Below, in pieces: positions 56,006 through 64,000 of a stretch of 64,000 nucleotides of DNA. Below the pieces are notes generated by a model that did no database searches, was not told the origin of the DNA, and was given only the letters and a program-made list of their open reading frames with translations. How positions within the stretch are numbered: the stretch's first letter is position 1; each line of letters starts with the position of its first letter. Made by a program: the position numbers and the translations under genes. The stretch is from Clostridiales bacterium (GTDB lineage Bacteria > Bacillota > Clostridia > Oscillospirales > Oscillospiraceae), in assembly GCA_020859945.1 (NCBI GenBank), contig JAJBVG010000083.1:21659-85658 (forward strand), read 5' to 3'.

Positions 56006-56581
56006 ATGAAAAAGTTATCAGGCAAAGAACTGGGCGCCAAGCTGGTCGGCAAGGCCAAAGACGCCCTCTCCGACACCGTCAAGCGGTCCGAGCTGATGGC
56101 GCTGAACCGCCAGATGGACAAAGTGACCCCCGTCATGGAGGAGTTGGAGCTGCTGATGGACGAATATCAGGTCTGCGACCAGAAGCTCCAGGAGCTGAAC
56201 GACCAACTGGAGCATCCCTCTCCGGCGGCGCGGCTGCCCATCGTGGCCCAGCTGACCCGTCAGCCCGACCCGGCAGAGCTGAAAAGCCAAATCGCCGCCT
56301 ACCGCACCATGCGGGCGGGGGTAGAAGGCCATATGCTCCAGCTGGTGCGTCTCCAGTGCAAGGACTTCACCTTCCTGGGCAGCTACCTGTACCCCGTGGC
56401 GGTGGGCGAGATCAGCCGTTGCTTGGAGGACGGTGCGGCAGAGGACCTGCACACCGCCATCGGTCTCTACGAGGACCAGCTGGAGCGCTGGCGGGAGACG
56501 GGCAGCGAGGGCGAACGGCTCCGCAAGGCCCAGTGGCAGGCGGAGTATATGGCCAAGCTGCTGAAAACCATCAACGAATAA
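56006..56581 (+). CDS. Hypothetical coiled-coil protein
   Basis: 191 aa with TAGGAGG upstream. Heptad-like Leu/Glu/Gln-rich sequence, no motif I recognise. Confidence 0.55.
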   Translation: MKKLSGKELGAKLVGKAKDALSDTVKRSELMALNRQMDKVTPVMEELELLMDEYQVCDQKLQELNDQLEHPSPAARLPIVAQLTRQPDPAELKSQIAAYRTMRAGVEGHMLQLVRLQCKDFTFLGSYLYPVAVGEISRCLEDGAAEDLHTAIGLYEDQLERWRETGSEGERLRKAQWQAEYMAKLLKTINE

Positions 56582-56589
56582 CGTGTGTT

Positions 56590-56626
56590 TCCCCCGCGGC
56601 GGTTCCCCCGTTGCGGGGGATTTTTC
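56590..56626 (+). terminator. Intrinsic terminator
   Basis: Stem TCCCCCGC/GCGGGGGA followed by TTTTT. Confidence 0.65.
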
Positions 56627-56796
56627 CTGCCCTGCCTGTTTGCGACAAAAACAGGGCGATTTTCCCACGTATTTTTCAAAAACGGCCTATTTACAAGGGG
56701 GAAACACCGTGTTATCCTTAACGTAAAGAACAGATAAACTGCCGTGGAAGGTTTTCCCGGCGAAATCATACAGACCGGACAGAGAGGGATAAGACC

Positions 56797-58179
56797 ATGG
56801 CGATTCATGAGGAATGTGGCGTTTTTGGCGTGTACGACCCCCAGGGGGACTGCGCCCGCACCACCTATTATGGGCTGTACGCCCTGCAACACCGGGGCCA
56901 GGAGGCATGCGGCATCGCCGCCAACAACAACCGGAACATCACCTATGAAAAGGACATCGGCCTGGTGGGGGATGTGTTCGACGAGGAGACCCTGGACCGG
57001 CTGGGCGGGACCATGGCGGTGGGCCATGTCCGCTACGCCACCACCGGCGAGGGGATGCGGGAGAACGCCCAGCCCCTGGTGCTGAAATACGTCAAACAGC
57101 AGCTGGCGGTGGTCCACAACGGCAACCTGGTGAACACCGAAGAACTGCGGGACTACTTCGAACACAAGGGGGCCATCTTTCAGACCACCAGCGACACGGA
57201 GATCATCGCCTACTCTATCGCCCGAGAGCGGCTGCACTGCGGCAGTATCGAGGAGGCGGTGAAGCAGTCCATGCCCTTCCTAAAGGGGGCCTTCTCTATC
57301 ATCGTCATGTCCCCCCAGAAGCTCATCGCCGCCCGTGACCCCTGGGGCTTCCGCCCCCTGTGCATTGGCCGGAAGGGAAACGCCATTTTCTTCTCCTCCG
57401 AGTCCTGCGCCCTGGACAGCGTTCAGGCCGAGTACGTCCGGGAGGTGGAGCCAGGGGAAATCGTGGTGGTGCAGAACGGACAAATTCGCTCCATCCGGGA
57501 CAACTGCTCCAACAAGAGCCATATGTGCATTTTCGAGTATATCTACTTCGCCCGGCCTGACAGCACCATCTGCGGCCAGTCGGTTCACCTGGCCCGGCGG
57601 AACGCCGGACGGCTGCTGGCCCGCCAGCATCCGGTAGAGGCGGATCTGGTCTTTGGCGTGCCGGACTCCGGGCTGGACGCCGCCATGGGTTTCGCGGAAG
57701 AGTCCGGCATCCCCTACGGCGAGGGCTTCGTCAAGAACCGCTATATTGGCCGCACCTTCATCACCCCCGACCAGCAGAGCCGGGAGGCGGCGGTGCGCAT
57801 CAAGCTGGGCGCCCTGCGCAGCCAGGTCCAGGGCAAGCGGGTGGTGATGATCGACGACTCCATCGTCCGGGGCACCACCTCCAAGGCCATCGTCAAGCTG
57901 CTGCGGGAGGCCGGGGCCACCGAAGTCCACGTGCGTATCTCCGCGCCGGAGTTCATCGCCCCCTGCTATTTCGGCACCGACGTGCCGGACAAGACCCGTC
58001 TCATCTCCTGCCACTACAACGTGGAGCAGGTGCGGGACATCATCGGCGCGGACAGCCTGGGCTTTTTGGGCCTGGACCGGCTGGAGGACATCGCCCCCGA
58101 CGCGGACTGCGGCTTCTGCAAGGGGTGCTTCACCGACGAGTATCCCATCGACATGAGCCGTTATCGCCCGGAAGGGTAA
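56797..58179 (+). CDS. purF: Amidophosphoribosyltransferase
   Basis: MAIHEECGVFGV (N-terminal nucleophile Cys context) and the PRTase motif VVMIDDSIVRGTT. Confidence 0.95.
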   Translation: MAIHEECGVFGVYDPQGDCARTTYYGLYALQHRGQEACGIAANNNRNITYEKDIGLVGDVFDEETLDRLGGTMAVGHVRYATTGEGMRENAQPLVLKYVKQQLAVVHNGNLVNTEELRDYFEHKGAIFQTTSDTEIIAYSIARERLHCGSIEEAVKQSMPFLKGAFSIIVMSPQKLIAARDPWGFRPLCIGRKGNAIFFSSESCALDSVQAEYVREVEPGEIVVVQNGQIRSIRDNCSNKSHMCIFEYIYFARPDSTICGQSVHLARRNAGRLLARQHPVEADLVFGVPDSGLDAAMGFAEESGIPYGEGFVKNRYIGRTFITPDQQSREAAVRIKLGALRSQVQGKRVVMIDDSIVRGTTSKAIVKLLREAGATEVHVRISAPEFIAPCYFGTDVPDKTRLISCHYNVEQVRDIIGADSLGFLGLDRLEDIAPDADCGFCKGCFTDEYPIDMSRYRPEG

Positions 58180-58358
58180 AACGGGAACGAAACAGTTCCT
58201 TTTCATTTGGAGCAAAGCGTTTTCCGATTACGAACTATCATCCCATATTTGACCACCCCCTTGCCTCCCCTGAAAGGGGAGGAGGGCCGCCGCCGCAGGC
58301 GGTGGCGGAGGGGTTTCACGCCGAAGCGAAGGAAAAGGAATCAGTAGACACGACATCA

Positions 58359-58392
58359 GGCCGCCGGACGCATCCCCGGCGGCCCGTTTTTG
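58359..58392 (+). terminator. Intrinsic terminator of purF
   Basis: Stem GGCCGCCGG/CCGGCGGCC followed by CGTTTTTGT. Confidence 0.7.
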
Positions 58393-58553
58393 TCTTTCCC
58401 GCACTTTGTCAAGTGGTCAAGGCGCAAAAAATAGCTAAATTGGGCGCGCCAATTTTTTGTGAACTTTTCACGGCAAAAAACGCCTTGAAATTTGTTTTTC
58501 GCTGTGGTAGGATACTTTCTGCAAAAAACAAACTTGTGCGTATAATGGTTCAG

Positions 58554-58586
58554 CGCAAAATCTTCCGGAGATTTTGCGCTTTTTTA
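58554..58586 (+). promoter_or_regulatory. Perfect 11 bp inverted repeat with a T-run, immediately after a TATAAT box (operator or attenuator/terminator)
   Basis: GCGCAAAATCT-tccgg-AGATTTTGCGC followed by TTTTTT. TATAAT lies at 58541-58546, and the site is 31 nt upstream of the DUF2798 start. Confidence 0.5.
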
Positions 58587-58616
58587 TGCGCCAAATGCCG
58601 AAAAGGAGCGGTTCTT

Positions 58617-59111
58617 ATGAAATTCATCACCAACCTTCCCCACAACAAGCGTGAGTTTGCGCTGTTTATGGCTGTGATCTCGATTATTTCCGTCAATATC
58701 ATCGCGCCGCTGATCACCTGCTTCGAGTTCGGGTTCCATCTGTACGTCTGGGCGGACGTGCTGACGGTGATCCCCTTTATCTGGCTCAGTGTTATTGCCC
58801 TGGTGCTGTTGACCTACCGGCCCGCGGAGTGGATGACCGCCAAAATCGTAGACAAAGATGACAGCTTCAACGCCCATATCCTGACCAACATCCTCTGCAC
58901 TGTGTTCCTGATGTCCATTTTCCTCACCGTCATTGGCACCTGGATCGGCAGCCGCAGCATCACCCTCGAGCCGATTCAGAAGTTTTTCTACAAGTGGCCC
59001 CGGAACTTTGCCCTGTCCTTCGCCGTGGAGCTGCTCATCGCCCAGCCCATCGCCCGACAGGTGATGAAGCACCTCCACCTGCACCAGGAGGGGCAGGCCA
59101 GCTTCGGCTGA
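58617..59111 (+). CDS. DUF2798-like membrane protein
   Basis: ATG after AAAAGGAG. 164 aa with 4 TM segments in two similar halves. Confidence 0.5.
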   Translation: MKFITNLPHNKREFALFMAVISIISVNIIAPLITCFEFGFHLYVWADVLTVIPFIWLSVIALVLLTYRPAEWMTAKIVDKDDSFNAHILTNILCTVFLMSIFLTVIGTWIGSRSITLEPIQKFFYKWPRNFALSFAVELLIAQPIARQVMKHLHLHQEGQASFG

Positions 59112-59225
59112 GCCGGGATTTTCTCGATTTGCCCAAAATGTGCGGTTGACAGCGGTGTTGTCCTCTGGTATGCTAACCTTATCTTTTTTTGATGTGGTTT
59201 CGCTGCATATTCAGGAGGGAGTTCT

Positions 59226-60671
59226 ATGAAGGCTCGCCGTTCCAAGCGCAGTGTCCCGGCCCGTATTGCCTGGTGGCTGCTGCGGATTTTTCTGCTCTAT
59301 TTATTGTTAGGGGCGACGGTGCCTTTTGCCGCTCACCCGTCGGTCAGTGAGGACTACCAAGAGGCCGTGGCGGAAACGGACTACACCGGGGACGCTCCCG
59401 GTGTGGACCGGGTCATGCTTCTGGAGGACAACGTCACCGCCCTCAGCGAGCGGTTCCGCATGATCTCCCAGGCGGAGGAGCGCATCATCCTCTCCACCTT
59501 CGATTTCCGGGAGGACAACAGCGGAACCGACATGGTGGCCCTGCTGTGGGAGGCGGCGGAACGGGGCGTAAAAGTCCAGATTTTGGTGGATGGTTTTTCC
59601 GCCATGACCCACATGGGCAGCCGGGACATCTTTGTGGCTCTGGCCGCCCACCCCAACGTGGAGATTAAGCTCTACAACTCCCTCTGCCTGTGGAACCCCG
59701 CCACCTTTAACGGGCGGCTCCACGACAAGTATCTCATCGTGGACGACGACCTGTATATCCTGGGCGGGCGGAACACCTACGATTTCTTCCTGGGGGACTA
59801 CCCCACCGACAGGCCCAATTATGACAGGGAGGTGCTGGTGTGGAACACCGGGGAGGATGTGGCGGACAGTTCTCTCCAGCAGCTGCTGGACTATTTCAAC
59901 GAGGTGTGGAACCTGGACTGCTGCAAGCTGTACCGGGACAACGAGGCCAATTTGGAGAAGAAGTCCATCCAGAGCGCCATTGAAGAGCTGGAAAATCACG
60001 CCCACGACCTGCGCATCGACTACTACGACAGCTTCCAGGAAGTGGACTACCGAACCTGCACCTACGAGGCCAGCCAAATCACGCTGCTCTCCAATCCTAC
60101 CAACACCGGCGTCAAGGAGCCGGAGCTGCTCTACGCCCTGACCGAGCTGATGAAAACCGGGGAGGAGTCGGTCATTCTCCACACCCCCTACGCCGTCTGC
60201 GACCAGGCCATGTACGACAGCCTGACCCAGGTGGCCCAGGCCGTCCCTGACTTCCAGATGGTGCTGAACAGCGTGGCCAACGGCGGCAACTACCTGGCCT
60301 CCTCCGACTACCTGCGCAACAAGGGCAAGCTGCTGGACACCGGCATTTCCCTGTGGGAGTACAACGGCGGCGAGAGCTACCACGGCAAGAGCGTGGTCAT
60401 CGACGACAATCTGTCGGTCATCGGCAGCTTCAACTGGGATATGCGCTCCGCCTATCTGGATACGGAGCTAATGCTGGTCATCGACAGCGAGGGGTTGAAC
60501 GCCGAACTGCGGGGGTATATGACGGACATCCAGTCAGATTCCCTGCTATGCCTGGACGAGACGACCTATGAGCTGACGGGGGACACCTCAGCGCCGGAGG
60601 TCATAGGCAGCAAGGCCGTTGTCGTCCACATCCTGCAATTTGTCACCTGGCCGATCCGTTTTCTGCTGTAA
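59226..60671 (+). CDS. Phospholipase D / cardiolipin-synthase-like protein (two HKD motifs)
   Basis: N-terminal TM segment. Motifs HDKYLIVDD and HGKSVVIDD. Confidence 0.85.
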   Translation: MKARRSKRSVPARIAWWLLRIFLLYLLLGATVPFAAHPSVSEDYQEAVAETDYTGDAPGVDRVMLLEDNVTALSERFRMISQAEERIILSTFDFREDNSGTDMVALLWEAAERGVKVQILVDGFSAMTHMGSRDIFVALAAHPNVEIKLYNSLCLWNPATFNGRLHDKYLIVDDDLYILGGRNTYDFFLGDYPTDRPNYDREVLVWNTGEDVADSSLQQLLDYFNEVWNLDCCKLYRDNEANLEKKSIQSAIEELENHAHDLRIDYYDSFQEVDYRTCTYEASQITLLSNPTNTGVKEPELLYALTELMKTGEESVILHTPYAVCDQAMYDSLTQVAQAVPDFQMVLNSVANGGNYLASSDYLRNKGKLLDTGISLWEYNGGESYHGKSVVIDDNLSVIGSFNWDMRSAYLDTELMLVIDSEGLNAELRGYMTDIQSDSLLCLDETTYELTGDTSAPEVIGSKAVVVHILQFVTWPIRFLL

Positions 60672-60692
60672 CGACCGGGAGAGGAACAAACG

Positions 60693-60738
60693 CCCACGAA
60701 ATACCGCCGGTGGGGTGGTATTTCGCGGGTGTCTTTCG
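60693..60738 (+). terminator. Intrinsic terminator
   Basis: 13 bp stem CCCACGAAATACC/GGTATTTCGCGGG (1 mismatch) with a T-rich tail. Confidence 0.6.
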
Positions 60739-60909
60739 TGTCCGAAGGAAAAAATTGTGCAAACTCCACGAGGGAAGTCTGAATTTGGAATCAATTTGTA
60801 ACTATTTGTTTCTATTTTGTAAATTATTTTCACTTTTCCATTGCCAACTTTCCCGGAGTATGATATGATACCAGTGTTTGAAACTGAGCGAGCAGAGGTG
60901 TTATTCCCC

Positions 60910-61917
60910 ATGAAACAAAGAGGTATTGCAATATTACTGGCCCTGTCGTTGGCGCTGTCCTTGGCGCTGACCGGATGCAGCCAGGAGTCCAGTATGATTA
61001 TGGTGGGCATCGCCATGGCCAGTGAAGCGTCCAGCAGTGCGGCTGGCGAGGCCATGCAGTCCGCATTGGAAGAGAGCGGTTATACCGTGGAGCTGGCCTA
61101 CGCCGAAAGCGCCGACGACCAGTCCAGCCAGATCAGCGCCATGGTGGAGGACGGCGCGTCCATCCTCATCGTGGACCCGGTGGACCCGGAGGCGGCTTCC
61201 GAGACGCTGACCTCCGTCACCGTGGACGTGTCTGACGTGGCGGTCATCGCCTACCAGGACCCGCTGGAGGACGGCGCGGCCAATTCCTATGTGGGCCGGG
61301 ACTATTACGCCATGGGCCAGCAGGAGGCCGAGCACCTGGTTGACCGTCTGCTGCTGGAGACGAGAGACGACAGCATCACCCTGGAAATCGTAGCCGGGAA
61401 AGGCAGCAGCGCTGAGGAAGCCTTTGAAGGGGCCATGGACGTGCTGCAACCCTATATCGACGCGGGAACGGTGGAGATTCCCTCCGGCAATACCTCTGTC
61501 GGGGACTGCCAGACTGACGACGCGGCGGCCTGGGCGGAGGAGATGTTCTCTGGGCTCTATTCTGACCAGGAGCTGCGGGCCATTATGTGCCTGGGCGAAG
61601 GCCAGGCTGTGGAGGTGGTGGACACCATTCTCACCAGCTACACCGGCACCATCTACCCTGTGGTGACTGGCTCTGACTGCTCCGCCGAGACGCTGGCGTA
61701 TATGAGCAGCAACCTGCTGGATATGGTTTCTTACTGCGACGACGATCCGGTGATCGAGCAGACCCTGGCGACAGTGGAGACCATCGTGGCGGGAGCGACG
61801 GTGGACGAGGAATACCTGCTGGACAACACCGCCGTCACCACGGACACCTATCTGGAGCTGATGGTGGACAGCGGCCTCTACACCGCTAACGACGACGGCA
61901 CCTTTACTGAGAACTAA
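60910..61917 (+). CDS. Lipoprotein, periplasmic-binding-protein (sugar-binding/LacI-type, PBP1) fold, orphan
   Basis: Start at MKQRGIAILLALSLALSLALTGC (lipobox LTGC). The layout resembles ribose/galactose-binding proteins. No ABC permease or ATPase gene is adjacent. Confidence 0.6.
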   Translation: MKQRGIAILLALSLALSLALTGCSQESSMIMVGIAMASEASSSAAGEAMQSALEESGYTVELAYAESADDQSSQISAMVEDGASILIVDPVDPEAASETLTSVTVDVSDVAVIAYQDPLEDGAANSYVGRDYYAMGQQEAEHLVDRLLLETRDDSITLEIVAGKGSSAEEAFEGAMDVLQPYIDAGTVEIPSGNTSVGDCQTDDAAAWAEEMFSGLYSDQELRAIMCLGEGQAVEVVDTILTSYTGTIYPVVTGSDCSAETLAYMSSNLLDMVSYCDDDPVIEQTLATVETIVAGATVDEEYLLDNTAVTTDTYLELMVDSGLYTANDDGTFTEN

Positions 61918-62035
61918 TCGGATACGCGGCGGCGTGTCACCTGTGAGAGCAGGTGAGCGCCGCTGTTTTTTGCCTTGCATCTTTTCGCCGTGGGGTCTAT
62001 AATTGCGCCGAACAAAAAATGTGAGGTGTTTTGTC

Positions 62036-62536
62036 ATGAACAGCATTTTTCATCGCACCAGCGTCCGCAGCTATCTGCCCCGCCCTGTGGAGCAGGAGAA
62101 GGTAGAGCAGCTGCTCCGGGCGGCGATGGCCGCGCCTTCCGCCGGGAACCAGCAGCCTTGGTCCTTTTACGTGGTCACAGACCCCGCCGTCATGGAGGCC
62201 CTGGCCGGGTGCAGCCCCTACGCCGGATGCGTCAAGGCCGCGCCGCTGGTGATCGTGCCCTGCTACCGGGAGGCGATTTGCCGTCACCCGGAGTTCGCTC
62301 AAATCGACCTGAGCGCCAGCGTGGAGAACCTGCTGCTGGAGGCGGACGCGCTGGGACTGGGTGCGGTTTGGCTGGGCATCGCCCCGCGGACCGAGCGCAT
62401 GGCCGCCGTGGGGGAGGTGCTGCACCTGCCGGAAGGAGAGACCGCCTTTGCGCTCATTCCCTGCGGCTATCCCGCCGCCGCGCCCAGGGCGCAGGAGGAC
62501 CGGTTCGACCAGTCGCGGGTGCGGTATGTGAAGTGA
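62036..62536 (+). CDS. Nitroreductase family protein
   Basis: MNSIFHRTSVRSY...APSAGNQQPWSFYVV is typical of this family. Confidence 0.85.
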   Translation: MNSIFHRTSVRSYLPRPVEQEKVEQLLRAAMAAPSAGNQQPWSFYVVTDPAVMEALAGCSPYAGCVKAAPLVIVPCYREAICRHPEFAQIDLSASVENLLLEADALGLGAVWLGIAPRTERMAAVGEVLHLPEGETAFALIPCGYPAAAPRAQEDRFDQSRVRYVK

Positions 62537-62797
62537 AACATTCAAATAAAGGAGCGGCTCTCAGGGCCGCCCTTTGCTTTTCCAGGTGAAAAAACATCCG
62601 ATTTTTTTGCCAGATAGATGCGGTATGGTCAAAATCGACGAAATGGGAAAAAGAAGGGTGCAATCCCCTGCGGAGTATGGTATAATAAATGGTCATAATG
62701 CAGGGGGATAGCATAAAATGCTTTTCTCTGCATGGCAAAATCGGCGTTCTCCGCCGAAAATCGCATTTTCTATAAGACACGAAGGAGAAAATAATAT

Positions 62798-64000
62798 ATG
62801 TTGTATCTGATTCTGTCCGCCCTGCCCTTCCTGACCGCGCTGGTGCTGATGATGAGCTTCCACTTTTCCTCCGGCAAGGCGCTGATCATTTCGCTGTTGC
62901 TGACCTGTATCCTGGTGCTGTCGGTGTGGCAGATGGATGTCCTCACGGTGGCGGGCTACTTCGTCTACGGGGTGCTCAAGTCGCTGGACCTGCTGCTCAT
63001 CATCGGCGGGGCCATCCTGCTGCTGAACACCCTGAAGCAGACGGGCATTATGGTCATCATCAACAACGGCTTCAAGCGCATCTCCCCGGACCCCCGGATT
63101 CAGGCCATCATCATCGCCTACCTGTTCGGGGCCTTCATTGAGGGCGCTGCCGGATACGGCACCCCTGCGGCGCTGGCTGCCCCGCTGCTGGTGGGACTGG
63201 GTTTTTCGCCGGTGGCGGCCTGCGTGGTGGCGCTGATTTCCAACAGCACACCGGTGCCCTTCGCGGCGGTGGGCACGCCCACCCTGACCAACATGACCAA
63301 CCTGTCCGACTATGTGACGGCCTCCGGCTCCACGGTCAGCGAATTTACCACCGCCGTCACCGGCAGGACCTGCCTCTACCTGGGGCTGGCGGGGGTGATG
63401 GTGCCCATCCTGCTGGTAGCGGTGCTGGTGATTTGCTTTGGCGCGGGAAAAAAGCTGATTCGCATCGTGGAGATGATCCCCTTCTGTCTGCTGGCGGCGG
63501 CCTCCTTCCTGATTCCCTACTACCTGTTGGGGACCTACCTGGGGCCGGAGTTCGCCTCCATCATTGGCTCGGTGGTGGGACTGTTCATTACGGTTATCGC
63601 CGCCCAGCGGCATTTCCTGACCCCCAAAATGGTGTGGCATTTCCGCTACAACATCCGCAAGGAGCAGGAACCCATGGAGCCGGACAACAGCCTGACCGCT
63701 TTGGACATGGTCAAGGCGTGGCTGCCCTACCTGGTCATCGCGGTGCTGCTGCTGCTGACCCGCATCCCTGCCTTCGGGCTGAAAGCTCTGCTGAACAACC
63801 TCTCCATCCACTGGGAAAGCATTTTGGGCATTGAGGGCCTGGACTACGATTTTGCGCTGGTCTATAACCCCGGCCTGATTCCGTTTATGCTGGTCTCTCT
63901 GGGGACCATGTTTTTCAAGCGGAAACACCTGCCGGAGCACGGCGTCAAGCTGATTTTCAAGGCCACCGGCAAGCAGCTCCTGACCATCGCGCTGGCCCTG
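62798..64000 (+). CDS. lctP: L-lactate permease (LctP family), 3'-truncated by the window edge
   Basis: ATG after GAAGGAGAA. The frame is open for 401 codons to the window end (so it is absent from the ORF track). Contains the [27 protein letters not shown] signature. Confidence 0.85.
   Translation, partial: MLYLILSALPFLTALVLMMSFHFSSGKALIISLLLTCILVLSVWQMDVLTVAGYFVYGVLKSLDLLLIIGGAILLLNTLKQTGIMVIINNGFKRISPDPRIQAIIIAYLFGAFIEGAAGYGTPAALAAPLLVGLGFSPVAACVVALISNSTPVPFAAVGTPTLTNMTNLSDYVTASGSTVSEFTTAVTGRTCLYLGLAGVMVPILLVAVLVICFGAGKKLIRIVEMIPFCLLAAASFLIPYYLLGTYLGPEFASIIGSVVGLFITVIAAQRHFLTPKMVWHFRYNIRKEQEPMEPDNSLTALDMVKAWLPYLVIAVLLLLTRIPAFGLKALLNNLSIHWESILGIEGLDYDFALVYNPGLIPFMLVSLGTMFFKRKHLPEHGVKLIFKATGKQLLTIALAL

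Noticed and set aside
56582-56796. A purine, ZTP or PRPP riboswitch, or a PurR box, upstream of purF.
   Set aside because: Beyond the upstream gene's terminator hairpin, I saw no match to the conserved cores of these classes by eye. This is not excluded without an Rfam scan.

Overview
This is a 64 kb chromosomal segment with high GC (roughly 60% or more by eye). Gene content is Firmicutes/Clostridia-type; Oscillospiraceae-like is my inference only. It is mostly core housekeeping: rpoB-rpoC, pfkA, pyk, ppk, asnS, ahcY, purF, bioY, cstA, one tRNA-Ser, two tandem DD-carboxypeptidases, several regulators and transporters, and a cell-surface block (a TagF-like teichoic-acid enzyme, an S8 protease and a paralogous adhesin-like protein). 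I saw no rRNA, CRISPR array, transposase, integrase or recognisable defence operon. Many long ORFs in the track are antisense shadows of real genes, as expected at high GC3. Seven things merit a second look. (1) A TetM/EF-G-like GTPase is fused in frame to a Rae1/YacP NYN RNase domain at the left edge. (2) Two roughly 150-170 nt palindromic elements, whose arms are TTAGCNN heptad repeats with stops in all six frames, bracket a degenerate rhomboid-like/zinc-ribbon gene, and a possible solo arm lies at about 7.87 kb. (3) A 164 bp MITE-like element with terminal inverted repeats is present twice in inverted orientation, once inside the rpoB leader and once between ahcY and asnS. (4) A G8 tract splits an AT-rich, probably horizontally acquired, membrane-protein gene. 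(5) A REP-like GGGAGCGTTGCAG hairpin family occurs at two loci. (6) There are unusual fusions or extensions: esterase-PatB, a large novel N-terminus on the TagF-like enzyme, and a PPK tail. (7) A BirA operator overlaps the bioY promoter. All functional calls rest on motif recognition by eye, and no database search was run.
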